Source: Gemmatimonadota bacterium (GTDB taxonomy: Bacteria; Gemmatimonadota; Gemmatimonadetes; Longimicrobiales; Gaopeijiaceae). From it: a DNA stretch of 64,000 bases. The translations under genes were made by a program, and so were the position numbers. Below, one piece after another: positions 9,548-19,224 of the stretch; position 1 is the stretch's first letter; the number at the start of each line of letters is the position of its first letter. The stretch is from contig JAXHMG010000003.1 in NCBI GenBank assembly GCA_034521595.1, positions 2,080,001-2,144,000 of the forward strand, written 5' to 3'. Below the pieces are notes generated by a model that did no database searches, had not been told where the DNA came from, and saw nothing but the letters and a program-made list of their open reading frames with translations.

Positions 9548-10144
9548 TCAGCGGGGGTCCGGCCCCCTCATCATGTCACCCATCATCTGCGCACCCTGGG
9601 TATTGAGCCGCTCCCGCTGCTCCGGAGTCAGGACTTCACGGGCGTCGATCGCGGCCCGGGCCATGGCGGCATGGAACTGAACCATGACATTGGCCGCGGC
9701 CTGGAGGCTCTGCTGGTACGCGCCCAGGTCGGGAGCGTCGCCCTGCAGTGCCCGGGCAGCCTCTTCGTGCGACGCCATTGCCGCGTTCATGTGGGAGCCG
9801 GTCTCCTCCTGGAACGCTTCCTCGAGCTCCTGGAGGCGCGCGACCTGATCGTCCGAGAGCTCCAGGGCGTCGCGCATACGCAGTAGCGTCGTCGGTCCGG
9901 GCCCGCCCGTCGCCATCATCCCCATGCCCTGACCCATCATGGGCATCATACCCGAGCCCATCATCCCGTGACCCATCATGCCGCCCATCATCATGCCGTG
10001 AGCCATGCCCATCGACGGCGTGGAGTCGGACATCTGCCCTTGCATCCTCTGCATTCCACCCGCCTGTCCCGCGACCGCCGTAACCCCGAAGAGCGTAAGC
10101 GCCAACATGGCCGTGGTCGTCTTGGCCGTGGTCGTCTTGATCAT
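9548..10144 (-). CDS. Spy/CpxP-like periplasmic protein with Met/His-rich (putative heavy-metal binding) region
   Basis: Signal peptide, M/G/H-rich stretch and two LTXXQ-type motifs (LELSDDQ, VLTPEQR). An AAGGAGGAG RBS precedes ATG 10144. Confidence 0.8.
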   Translation of the reverse strand: MIKTTTAKTTTAMLALTLFGVTAVAGQAGGMQRMQGQMSDSTPSMGMAHGMMMGGMMGHGMMGSGMMPMMGQGMGMMATGGPGPTTLLRMRDALELSDDQVARLQELEEAFQEETGSHMNAAMASHEEAARALQGDAPDLGAYQQSLQAAANVMVQFHAAMARAAIDAREVLTPEQRERLNTQGAQMMGDMMRGPDPR

Positions 10145-10190
10145 CGTCTCCTCCTTGGCCCTATCGGGCGGTCTCTTTCCAGTCATCTTC

Positions 10191-10245
10191 AATATGGTGC
10201 GGCGGCCCTGAACGGAGCATGAAACGCAAATGAAGGTCGGTTCAT
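10191..10245 (-). promoter_or_regulatory. Putative OmpR/PhoB-type regulator binding repeats and -10 element upstream of the Spy-like gene
   Basis: CTGAA/ATGAA/ATGAA at 10208, 10219 and 10230 (11-bp period), an inverted TTCAT at 10241, and a CATATT -10-like hexamer on the minus strand at 10191-10196. Confidence 0.5.
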
Positions 10246-10317
10246 GGGCGTGGCAGCACGGCCGCGCCGCAGGCGACGGCGTCATCCACTGCCGATGGCG
10301 TCGGTGAAGATCCGCGC

Positions 10318-10440
10318 TCACTCCTCGCGTAGCGCGTTGCCCGGATGGATCGCGGCAGTTCGACGCCGTACAGGAGCGCGGACAGGGTCCGGGCACCGAG
10401 CTCCGCGAGGACCAGACCGGCCCCCACGCCCGCGAGCGCC
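10318..10440 (-). pseudogene. Collapsed C-terminal remnant of an ADOP/FtsX-type ABC permease
   Basis: The minus strand reads ALAGVGAGLVLAELGARTLSALLYGVE, then in another frame AAIHPGNALREE* (TGA 10320-10318). These match two non-adjacent segments of the intact paralog C-terminus (IARALSTALFEVS ... RAEPASALRYE). Confidence 0.65.
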
Positions 10441-10464
10441 GAATCGAACTCCCGTCAAGCCCCG

Positions 10465-10507
10465 GAAACGCGGAGGCCCGACCGGGGCGTTCCGATCGGG
10501 CCTCCGC
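10465..10507 (-). terminator. Probable intrinsic terminator of the OMP gene
   Basis: Perfect 12-bp stem GCGGAGGCCCGA (10470-10481) / TCGGGCCTCCGC (10496-10507), followed by GTTTC on the minus strand. Confidence 0.55.
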
Positions 10508-10576
10508 TACTCTCTCCGGGGTAGCGCTACGCGTTGCCACCGTGCGCCGCGCGATCCACGGCGCAGTGCCCTCACC

Positions 10577-11089
10577 TCACAGTCGGAATCCGACGCTGAT
10601 CGGGAAGTAACGAGTCTTGCTGCCCTCGGTGTTCACCTGGACGACCCGGAACTCCGCGAACCCGCCGAAGCCGAGGGCTCCGATGTTCACGCCGAACCCG
10701 CCCTGGAAGCCGGGCTCGGTCACCGGGTCGATCGCTTCCTGGTCCGAATCCACGCGGTAGGTGCCGACGCCGACCAGAAAGTACGGAGTGATGCCGACGC
10801 CCTGGAGCGTGAGGACGGCGCTCAGCGCCCCGTTGAGCACGGTGTGCTTCGGCTGCCCTTCGAGCTGACCGAACGAGTGATACTCTCCCTCGAGCCGCCC
10901 CGAGAGGGGGAAAGCCGGTACCCCGAGCTGCAAGCCGACCCTGCCGTGGTAGCCCCCTTCGGCAACATCGCTGAAATCGCCCATCGGCGTGCTCAGGCCA
11001 CCTCCGGCCATGATCCGCGGAATCTGCGCCTCGGCAGCGGAAGGGAGCAGGAATGCCGCGAGCGCGGCCGTAAACACGAAACGTCGCAT
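10577..11089 (-). CDS. Outer-membrane beta-barrel protein (small, OmpA/OmpW-like)
   Basis: Signal peptide ending AEA|Q, alternating Gly/aromatic beta-strands, terminal ISVGFRL; ATG at 11089. Confidence 0.8.
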   Translation of the reverse strand: MRRFVFTAALAAFLLPSAAEAQIPRIMAGGGLSTPMGDFSDVAEGGYHGRVGLQLGVPAFPLSGRLEGEYHSFGQLEGQPKHTVLNGALSAVLTLQGVGITPYFLVGVGTYRVDSDQEAIDPVTEPGFQGGFGVNIGALGFGGFAEFRVVQVNTEGSKTRYFPISVGFRL

Positions 11090-11190
11090 GATCTGGGTCC
11101 TCGGGATTGGATTGAAGGGGGGGCTTGCCAAAGCTGTCACCGACTGCGCGAAACCTGCAAGGATCTCGTCGGGCGGGGCCGCCTCGAAGC

Positions 11191-14100
11191 TCAGAAGCGC
11201 CAACCGGCGGAGAGGATGAGCGCAGTGTACCGATAGTCGCTGTCGCCGGTCGAGAAGCTCTGAAGGCCGGTGGAAGAGTAACCTCCCGAAAGGGCTACAT
11301 TTCGTCCGGGCGCGATATCGTAGGACACGCGCGTGGAAGCGCGCACCGTTCCGGCCGGATCACCCGAGTGGGTCACCTGCTGCATCCCCGGAGCGACTTC
11401 CAGCAACAGACCCCAGTCGCCGGCCCGTCCCAGCCACCGGCCGGTCAGCTCTCCGATGCCGTAGAAGTCCGGGTCGAAGTAGCCGTCCTGGAGGTCCTTG
11501 TCGTACGTGAAAGCCCGGGAAGCCACGCCGACGGCGAATCCCCCACCGAGCGTGCGCGACACGGACAGCGCGCCGTTCACCCGCCGATTCCGCTCCGATC
11601 CGTCGAACACGGCGTATCCGGCGCTACCGTTCAACCGCCACGTGGAACTCGGTCGCCAGCGGCCGGTGAGGGCTCCCTCGGACATCCGCACGCCCGCCGA
11701 AGCGAGCGCCGCGGTAGCGTCCAAAGCGGCGGTACGGATTCGGAACGTCAGCCCCAGCGGATAGCGACCCGGCGTGGACACCGACAACCTGCCCGACATC
11801 CGGCTGTCCGCGCCAGGCGCGTCGGTTCGCGAGCCCCCCGCCCCCGCCGAGAGCGTCCATCCCGGCTCGAGCGTGTACGAAGCCGACACGGTGAGGCCCA
11901 TGGACGACCGCTCGAGCTCGTTCTGACGCAACCCTTTCTCGTAGAGGTCGGCCCGAAGCCGCCATCGAGGGGACGCGTGCCACGTGGTCGCGACCGCGGC
12001 CGTGCGCATGCGATTCCCGTCCGAGTCGGACTCGAAGGAGAGATTCGGTGACGCGTCGGGCTCGAACGCGGCACGGAGCGAGCGGAGCTGCTCCCGCGCT
12101 TCGCCGTGCGTGGGGTCCACTTCCACGGCCCGCTCGAGCGCTTGGAGCGCGGCCGCGTTCCGGCCCTGCCACCGCAGGTTCTGCCCGAGCGCGACCCATG
12201 CTCCAGCGCCGTCGGCCTCCTCGACCGCCCGACGGAGCGTCTCCTCGCCTTCGACGAGCGCGCCTGCCCACCCGAGCGTGCGCCCCCGCCCGACGAGGGC
12301 CCCTCCATGGTCGGGCTCCCGCTCCAGCACGCGATCGTACTCGTCCACCGCTTCCTCCAGCCGGTCCGAGAACGCGAGCGCGCGAGCGCGACCCAGCCGC
12401 GCGTCCAGATCGGCGGGATCGGCGGCGAGCAGGGAGTCGTAAACCGCCACGGACGCGGTGAACTTCGAGGCCCAACCGAGCACCGTCGCCTGCTGTCGCC
12501 GGGCCTCCGTGTTGTCCGGGCTGATCGCCAGAAGCCGGTCGTAGGTCTCCAGAGACGCCTCGTACCGACCAGCCCATGCCTCGAACAGCGCTCGTGCCTC
12601 CAGTGCCCCTGGATGTCCCGGCTCCTCCTCCAACACGATGTCCAGCGCCGCCAGTGCGTCGTCCGTCTCCCCCGACCAGGCGAGGACGCGCGCTCGATCC
12701 ACTCGAGCGGCGAGGTTCTCCGGCGCGATCTCCAGCAGGCGGTCGAAACGGGTCAGCGCCTCCTCGTAGCGCTCCTCCCACGCGTGCATGAGCGCCGTGC
12801 GGTGCAGCGCGACCCCGTGCTCCGGATTCTCCTCGAGGAGGGCTTCGTACAGACGCATCGCCGTCTCCGTGTCGCCGGCGACCCATGCCTCGGCGGCCGC
12901 CTCGTCGAGGGTGTCGGGGGCGGCGGCCGCCGGCGGCGGCACGGCGGGGCCGGGCGTGTACGGCCGGAGCTCGGCGAAGACCTCCTTCATGGTTTCGTAC
13001 GCGGGGCGGGACCGTTCCACCCATTCCGGGCTCTCCCACGTGGGCCAGGAGAAGCGCGCCGTTTCACCCTCCCGGTCGGGGACCCGCAGGGTACGGCCGT
13101 TCCCGCGGACGGCCGCGACGATGCCGATGTCGTCGACCTGTTCGGTCCCGAGTGCCCCGAACACCGAATCCGGCCAGGCCGTCACGCCGTCCCGCAAGCT
13201 CCACCGTCCGTCGGGCCCGAGATACGCATCCCGGGCATTGGCGTCCCCCGGTCCCTGCAGCACGGTTCGGCTCGAAGGGTCGGTCACGTTGAGGAGCAGC
13301 CACGGAATCCGTACCTCGAGGGTGCTGCCGTCGGCGCTCCGCTCCCAGAAGCCGTCCGGCGCGGCTCCGGACGGGAGGATCCCGCGGTCGTACCCCGCCG
13401 CCAGGTACTCCGTGGAGTCGCGGGTGAAGCGTCTCCGGTTGACCACGACCCGCAACGAGTCGTAGCGCCCGTCGTCGTTGGGCTCGGTGTAGTACGGGAG
13501 GTTGAACCGCTGATCGACGCGGGCGTGGAACAGGCCCTCCGGTGGATTCTCGAAGGACACCCGCCGGCCGGTGAGCCCGGTGGCGCCCTGGCCGACCTCG
13601 GCCAGCCGGAACGGATTCGACGGCGGATCGGCCATCACCCGCACTTCGTCGCCCGTCGCCCTCAATACGAACTCCAGCCCGACCGGGAGGCGCTCGCCCA
13701 CCCGGCCCGGCCACCGGAAGTCGCCGGCTTCGGCATCGAAGACATCGAACCCGACCAGGGTCGTGTCCGAGGGGGCTCGGTCCGGGGTCTCCACCAAGAG
13801 CCAGAGGTATGCCGCGTCGTGGCTCGCGCGAACCGTGAGCTCCGGCGTGCGGTACAGAGGGTCGACGTCCTCCCAGGCTTCGCGTCGGTCGGGAAGACGC
13901 TGCCCCTCGAACGGTGGCGCCGCGTCAATGGCCCACAGGCCGTAGTGCTGCTCCGCGTCGAGCCGGTTGTACCACAGCCGGTTGCGGTCCTGCGGAAGCT
14001 CGAACTCGAGCGCGACCCAGTTCTGCTTGAACCATTCGTCGATCCACGCGAACAACACCCCCCCGGCCATCCCGGTCTCGGCGAGCTCGAGGGTGAGGCG

Positions 14101-15678
14101 GCGATCCACCTCGGCCATCTCCGCCTCGGTGAGCCCTCCGTGGTGCCATCCCTGCGGTTGGAGGTGTGCATTCCCGAGCGAAGCGGGCACCCCGTACTCG
14201 GAGATCACCAACGGCATACCACGGTGGTGCTCCTTGAGATCTCGAAGATACCCCGCGTATCGAGACGGCCCCATGGTGGAACGCGACTCGGCGTAACGTT
14301 CCGACAGGATCATGAAGTCCGGGTAGTAGGGGTACGCGTGGAACGACGCGAAATAGCCCGCCCGGAACCGGTTCGTGGGCCGGATCCGCGTCGCGTCCAA
14401 CGAGATGGCGTCGTTCTCGTATTCGCGGGGCCGCATGCCCGGATCCTCCCCGAAGGCCCGCCGGATCGCCATCTCTTCCTCCACGGTCGTCTCCGAGGGA
14501 TGGCTCAGGGGATCGAGGGTCGGCCAGTTCGTGTAGGCCACCGGACGCTGCGCCCGGTAGGTATCGGTTTCGTACGCGACGATCTCCTCGACCGCCTTGC
14601 CCATCCACGCGTCCATGGCGTTTCCACCCTCCACCCGGACGTAGCGGCCTTCGAACCCGGATCGCCCTCCCTGGATCGAGTCGTAGGCAAGCGCGCTGAA
14701 CGGCTCCCATTCCCGGCCGAGGATGTAGGCGAGCGTCCACGGGGCGACGTCCGCCGTGTAGTGGCCCCAGGCGTGGCCCGGCCGATACTCGATGCTCGCA
14801 CGACCGTGGAGCACGTCCACGACGCGGCGCATCTCCTCGAAGAACTCGCTCTCGAACGGTTCTCCGGAAAAATCGTGGTCGGGCGGCAACCCCGTCCATG
14901 CGCCGTGGATCAGCCAGAGTGCCCGCTCAGGGTTCGTCTCGTTCCAGTCGGAGAGGGCCTGGTAGAACGCCGGGGGGTGGATGGTATAGAGCCGCACCAC
15001 GTTGGCGTTCATCTCCGCCATCCCCTCGATCCAGCGCGCGTACGTGATCGAGTCGGGAAATTGGCTCGGGTAGCGACCCGGCAGAGCCGCGCCGAGGTTC
15101 ACTCCCTTGATGTAGAAGGGGCGCCAGCCCTCGGGCGTGAGCACCTCGAAGCGTTCGCCCGCCGTGCGGGCCCGCAGCTCCAAGCTATCGGGGAGGGACA
15201 ACGGCGGACGGTCCGGCGCGGGTCCGAGCGTCGGGCCACGGATCCGTTCGAGATACTCGAGCGCCGTCGGGTGCCCCTCGTCGACCGCCACCACCCGTTC
15301 GAACAGGTCCTCCGCGCGCTCCACCTCGCCCGTGCGCCACGCGGCCAAGCCCAGGCCGGTGAGCGCGTCCACGTTCTCCGGCTCCGCCTCGACCACCTCG
15401 GTCCACAGCTCGGCAGCCTCCTCGACGGCGCCTCCACGCAACAAGACGTAGCCGAGGCCGGTTCGCGCGTATAGATCGTCGCCGCACAGGCCGAGCGCTT
15501 CTTCGAACCGTGCGCGTGCGGCCTCCATGTCACCCGCACGGTAGGCCTCCCACCCCGCTTCGGCTTCCTGCGCCGACCCGGCGGGACACGCATCCTGCCC
15601 CGCGCTCGGCTCGGGCCATGCGAGGCACGAGGCGACGAGCAGCGAGAGCGCGCACCGTGAGCCACCCCACCTGTTCAT
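11191..15678 (-). CDS. Large secreted protein: TPR - putative glycoside hydrolase TIM barrel - TPR array - C-terminal outer-membrane beta-barrel
   Basis: Signal peptide and N-terminal TPRs. Middle domain IKGVNLG...NVVRLYT...GREWEP...HAYPYYP...SEYG...WIDEWFK. About 8 further TPRs, then a beta-strand C-terminus ending SAGWRF. AGGAGG RBS before ATG 15678. Confidence 0.8.
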   Translation of the reverse strand: MNRWGGSRCALSLLVASCLAWPEPSAGQDACPAGSAQEAEAGWEAYRAGDMEAARARFEEALGLCGDDLYARTGLGYVLLRGGAVEEAAELWTEVVEAEPENVDALTGLGLAAWRTGEVERAEDLFERVVAVDEGHPTALEYLERIRGPTLGPAPDRPPLSLPDSLELRARTAGERFEVLTPEGWRPFYIKGVNLGAALPGRYPSQFPDSITYARWIEGMAEMNANVVRLYTIHPPAFYQALSDWNETNPERALWLIHGAWTGLPPDHDFSGEPFESEFFEEMRRVVDVLHGRASIEYRPGHAWGHYTADVAPWTLAYILGREWEPFSALAYDSIQGGRSGFEGRYVRVEGGNAMDAWMGKAVEEIVAYETDTYRAQRPVAYTNWPTLDPLSHPSETTVEEEMAIRRAFGEDPGMRPREYENDAISLDATRIRPTNRFRAGYFASFHAYPYYPDFMILSERYAESRSTMGPSRYAGYLRDLKEHHRGMPLVISEYGVPASLGNAHLQPQGWHHGGLTEAEMAEVDRRLTLELAETGMAGGVLFAWIDEWFKQNWVALEFELPQDRNRLWYNRLDAEQHYGLWAIDAAPPFEGQRLPDRREAWEDVDPLYRTPELTVRASHDAAYLWLLVETPDRAPSDTTLVGFDVFDAEAGDFRWPGRVGERLPVGLEFVLRATGDEVRVMADPPSNPFRLAEVGQGATGLTGRRVSFENPPEGLFHARVDQRFNLPYYTEPNDDGRYDSLRVVVNRRRFTRDSTEYLAAGYDRGILPSGAAPDGFWERSADGSTLEVRIPWLLLNVTDPSSRTVLQGPGDANARDAYLGPDGRWSLRDGVTAWPDSVFGALGTEQVDDIGIVAAVRGNGRTLRVPDREGETARFSWPTWESPEWVERSRPAYETMKEVFAELRPYTPGPAVPPPAAAAPDTLDEAAAEAWVAGDTETAMRLYEALLEENPEHGVALHRTALMHAWEERYEEALTRFDRLLEIAPENLAARVDRARVLAWSGETDDALAALDIVLEEEPGHPGALEARALFEAWAGRYEASLETYDRLLAISPDNTEARRQQATVLGWASKFTASVAVYDSLLAADPADLDARLGRARALAFSDRLEEAVDEYDRVLEREPDHGGALVGRGRTLGWAGALVEGEETLRRAVEEADGAGAWVALGQNLRWQGRNAAALQALERAVEVDPTHGEAREQLRSLRAAFEPDASPNLSFESDSDGNRMRTAAVATTWHASPRWRLRADLYEKGLRQNELERSSMGLTVSASYTLEPGWTLSAGAGGSRTDAPGADSRMSGRLSVSTPGRYPLGLTFRIRTAALDATAALASAGVRMSEGALTGRWRPSSTWRLNGSAGYAVFDGSERNRRVNGALSVSRTLGGGFAVGVASRAFTYDKDLQDGYFDPDFYGIGELTGRWLGRAGDWGLLLEVAPGMQQVTHSGDPAGTVRASTRVSYDIAPGRNVALSGGYSSTGLQSFSTGDSDYRYTALILSAGWRF

Positions 15679-15761
15679 CGTGCTCTTTCCTCCTGGTGCT
15701 TTATCGGAAGCAAACGTGATTCCGGCGACGACGACGTGAGGCCCCCTCACCGAAGGCTCCG

Positions 15762-16943
15762 TCAAGCGACGGCCAGATCCGGCTCGACCCGCTCGGCCCA
15801 GGCCAGGAGCCCGCCCTCCAGGTTGACGACCGGGGCGAAGCCCCGCTCCACGAGCATCCCGGCCGCGCGGGCGCTCCTCTGACCGGACTTGCAGTACACG
15901 ATGATCGGGCGGTCGTCGGGAAGCTCGGCCACCCGCTCCTCGAGCTCACCCAGCGGCACCAGGCGGGCGCCCCGCTCGCCCAGGTTGCTCACCGCCCATT
16001 CCCAGGGCTCACGCACGTCGAGCAGAAACGGGGCCGGCTCGGAGGTGGAGGCTAGACGCTCGGCGAGCTCGGCGACAGTGATGCTTCCCGTCTCGGCCCC
16101 GACGCCGGCGGTCGCGCCAGGCTCTTCGCCCCCCGGAGCCGTTCCGCAAAACACCTCGTAGTCGATGAGCTCCGTCTGCGTCGGCTCGTCACCACAGACG
16201 GGGCAATCCGGGTTCCGCCGCAGCTCGACCTCCCGCCAACTCATGTCCAACGCGTCGAAGATCAGGAGGCGTCCGACGAGGGGACGCCCCACTCCGAGCA
16301 GGAGCTTCACGGTCTCCATCGCCTGGACGCTGCCGATGATCCCGGGCAAGACGCCCAGCACCCCACCTTCCGCGCAGTTCGGCACCAGGCCCGGAGGTGG
16401 TGGCTCACGGAACAGGCACCGGTAGCACGGCCCGTCCCCTGCCGCGAACACGGACGCCTGGCCCTCCCACCGGAAGATGGAGCCGTACACGTTCGGCTTG
16501 CCCAGGAGCACGCACGCGTCGTTCACCAGGTAGCGCGTGGGAAAGTTGTCCGTCCCGTCGACGATCACGTCGTAGGCGTCGAGGATGTCGAGCGCGTTCT
16601 CCGAGGTCAGCCGGGTCTCGTGCCGCTCCACGTCGACGTGCGGATTCACGTCGTGCAAGCGGTCCACGGCGCTGTCGAGCTTGGAGCGCCCCACGTCGGA
16701 GGTGCCGTGGAGGAGCTGCCGTTGGAGGTTGCTCTCGTCCACGGTATCGAAGTCCACCAGGCCGAGCGTCCCGACTCCGGCCGCCGCGAGATAGAGCGCC
16801 AGGGGCGAGCCCAGCCCCCCCGCGCCCACGCAGAGGACGCGGCCCTGCTTGAGCCGTGTCTGCCCCTCCACGCCCACCTCGGGCAGAGTGAGATGGCGCG
16901 CGTAGCGATACAGCTCACCGCGGCTGAAATCCGAAAGCGACAT
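15762..16943 (-). CDS. moeB: Molybdopterin-synthase adenylyltransferase MoeB/MoeZ with C-terminal rhodanese domain
   Basis: RYARHL, GAGGLG, SNLQRQ, DGTDNF, CYRC/CPVC and rhodanese YCKSGQRS motifs. Confidence 0.93.
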   Translation of the reverse strand: MSLSDFSRGELYRYARHLTLPEVGVEGQTRLKQGRVLCVGAGGLGSPLALYLAAAGVGTLGLVDFDTVDESNLQRQLLHGTSDVGRSKLDSAVDRLHDVNPHVDVERHETRLTSENALDILDAYDVIVDGTDNFPTRYLVNDACVLLGKPNVYGSIFRWEGQASVFAAGDGPCYRCLFREPPPPGLVPNCAEGGVLGVLPGIIGSVQAMETVKLLLGVGRPLVGRLLIFDALDMSWREVELRRNPDCPVCGDEPTQTELIDYEVFCGTAPGGEEPGATAGVGAETGSITVAELAERLASTSEPAPFLLDVREPWEWAVSNLGERGARLVPLGELEERVAELPDDRPIIVYCKSGQRSARAAGMLVERGFAPVVNLEGGLLAWAERVEPDLAVA

Positions 16944-16946
16944 GCG

Positions 16947-19196
16947 TTACGGACCCCCCGTCACGGGAGGGGTTCCGAGGCGTCCTCCCTCCGCGACGAG
17001 CCGGAAGGCCGCGGCGTCTTCCTCGAGCTCGGCCACCAGCGCCTCGTCCCGACCTGCCGACTCCGCCACGTCGGCCAGTTGCACGGCCAACGCGTAGTAC
17101 TGCCAGGGGATATTGAGCGTGGACCGATCCTGCCAGATGGCGCGATCGCGGATCCCGCGGAACCGGTAGACATCGCGGTAAAGGGTGAGCGAGCGGTCCA
17201 GATCGAACCACTCCCCACCGTACGACTCTCGTCCCCGCACGAGGCCCTCGGGCGGCTCCTCCTCGAGCTGCCGGAACACCAGCTTCGACACCAGCCCCTG
17301 CCGCACGGCCCAGCGCTCGAGCCCCAGTTGGCGCATCATCCCCCCCGCGGCCGAAAAGTAGATGGGCCGTTCTCCGATCGCGTCGTGGATGATCGATAGC
17401 GCGATCTGGTGGCTCCGGTCGAGCGTCGTGCCCGCGGGGTACGTCACCGCCATTCCGGGAAACGGGACCGTCATGTCGTTGGTCAGACTCGCCCGTCCCA
17501 CACCGTCCAGCTCCTCGGGCGGGAGATCGAGAATCGAGCGCTCCGGGGGCGGGCGGTCCTCGTAGAGCCCCGGCGCCACCTGCGGATCGAACGCCCGTTG
17601 CCGCGCAGGGGCCGTCAGCTCCTGGAGCTGCTCGGGATACCAATCCGTGTAGAGATACTGCCCGACGACGACCGTCACGTCCGGCCGGATGGCCTCCACC
17701 TCCTGCAAATACCACAACGGAAACGTGTCGTTGTCCCCGTTCGTGAAGAGCACGGCGTACGGTTCCACGCTGACCAGCAGGTCGTACGCCCAGTCGCGTG
17801 CGGCGTAGTCACCGCTACGGCTGGCCCAGCTCCAGTTCAGCACGAGCGGGAGGACGGCGAACGCCAGGACCGGCGCAGCCACGCCGAACCGAGGACGGGG
17901 CCCGCCCACCACGCCGGCTACCACCCGCCAGACGCGGGCAAGGCCGATCCCCGCCAGGACGCCCCAAAGCATGAAGCCCCCGATGAAGAAGTAGTCACGC
18001 TCCCGCACCTCGTGTTGGGCCCGATCGGTGATGTCCGGGGCGAGGGAATAGCCGTACCGGAAGTTCAGGTAGTAGACCAACCCCAGTGTGAGCGTGGCCG
18101 CCAGCACGGCGAGGTATCCGAACAGGACCCGGTCCGCGGACCAGGCCGTCCACAGGCCCACCCCTCCCAACGCCAGGAAGAGCACGGCGAGCGGCAGACG
18201 CGGGCCCCAGGGCAGCGGGGAGGGCTCGAGGCCTCGAGCCCATTGCCACTCGAAGTACTGCCACCACATCTCGAGCTGCGCCCCGAGAGGCGCTTTACGC
18301 TCGGTGACGGGGGGCGGTTGGTACTGCCGGCGTGTCAGGTTGTCGGCGAGCATCTCGCATCCGACCCACCCGTGCGTGTAGATCGCCGCCGCCGCGCCCC
18401 CGACGCTCTCGCAGGTGGGATCGCCCTCGTTGATGACCGGATCGAGCTCGGCCCGCACGGGGAGCACGAAGTTGAACGAGAGGCCGAGCACTACGAGAAG
18501 CACGGCCCGTTGGATGAACGCTCGCCGCAGGAGGGGACGCACACCCGACACGACCACGAGAAGGAGGAGGGCCGGCGCCGGCAGAACGGACATGAGATGG
18601 TTCGTCGAGCCCAGTGCCAGCAGGAACACGATCCACAGGAGGTACCGCTCACTCCCCGGCCGACCTCGCTCGTCCCGCCAGCGGATCGCCAACCACGTGA
18701 CCAACGCGATGACGAGCACGCTCAGGGTGTAGACCTTCTCGTTGACGTTGGACTGGTTCCAGACGGTGAACGCCGTCGCCCCGAGCAGCGCGGCAGCACC
18801 GGCCCCGACCAGGGCCACGAGCTCACGCTCGGCATACCCCTTGATGACGCGGTGGGCCACGAGGTACAAGAAACCCGTGGCCGCGCCGCTGGTCGCCGCG
18901 GCGAGGAGGTTGATGCGCACGGCCACGGGAAGGCCCAGAGGTGCCAGCAACACGCTCCACACCCGCCCGACCACCACGAAGAGGGGATTCCCGGGAGGGT
19001 GGGGGATTCCGAGGATGTGAGCCGTCGCGATGTACTCGCTGGCGTCCCAGAACGCGGTGGTCGGCGCGAGGGTGACGACGTACAGCAGGAACGCGGCCGC
19101 CGCCGCGGCGACGGCCGCGATATAGGGCGGGCGGTATCGTTCGGGCACCGGCTGCTCGTCTCTCGCTTCGGGAGCGGGCTCGCGCGTAAAGATCAC
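16947..19196 (-). CDS. DUF2723 (TMEM260-like) GT-C-fold membrane glycosyltransferase
   Basis: FWDASEYI...GIPHPPGNP, RERDYFF and FTNGDNDTFPLWYLQEVE motifs with many TM helices. GTG at 19196 follows GAGGGAG. Confidence 0.88.
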   Translation of the reverse strand: MIFTREPAPEARDEQPVPERYRPPYIAAVAAAAAAFLLYVVTLAPTTAFWDASEYIATAHILGIPHPPGNPLFVVVGRVWSVLLAPLGLPVAVRINLLAAATSGAATGFLYLVAHRVIKGYAERELVALVGAGAAALLGATAFTVWNQSNVNEKVYTLSVLVIALVTWLAIRWRDERGRPGSERYLLWIVFLLALGSTNHLMSVLPAPALLLLVVVSGVRPLLRRAFIQRAVLLVVLGLSFNFVLPVRAELDPVINEGDPTCESVGGAAAAIYTHGWVGCEMLADNLTRRQYQPPPVTERKAPLGAQLEMWWQYFEWQWARGLEPSPLPWGPRLPLAVLFLALGGVGLWTAWSADRVLFGYLAVLAATLTLGLVYYLNFRYGYSLAPDITDRAQHEVRERDYFFIGGFMLWGVLAGIGLARVWRVVAGVVGGPRPRFGVAAPVLAFAVLPLVLNWSWASRSGDYAARDWAYDLLVSVEPYAVLFTNGDNDTFPLWYLQEVEAIRPDVTVVVGQYLYTDWYPEQLQELTAPARQRAFDPQVAPGLYEDRPPPERSILDLPPEELDGVGRASLTNDMTVPFPGMAVTYPAGTTLDRSHQIALSIIHDAIGERPIYFSAAGGMMRQLGLERWAVRQGLVSKLVFRQLEEEPPEGLVRGRESYGGEWFDLDRSLTLYRDVYRFRGIRDRAIWQDRSTLNIPWQYYALAVQLADVAESAGRDEALVAELEEDAAAFRLVAEGGRLGTPPVTGGP

Positions 19197-19224
19197 TCCC
19201 TCACGGCGCCCAAGACGCACGCCA

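Noticed and set aside
12106-15474. 1122-aa plus-strand ORF
   Set aside because: Antisense shadow of the TPR/GH/barrel gene; its composition is typical of a reverse-frame read.
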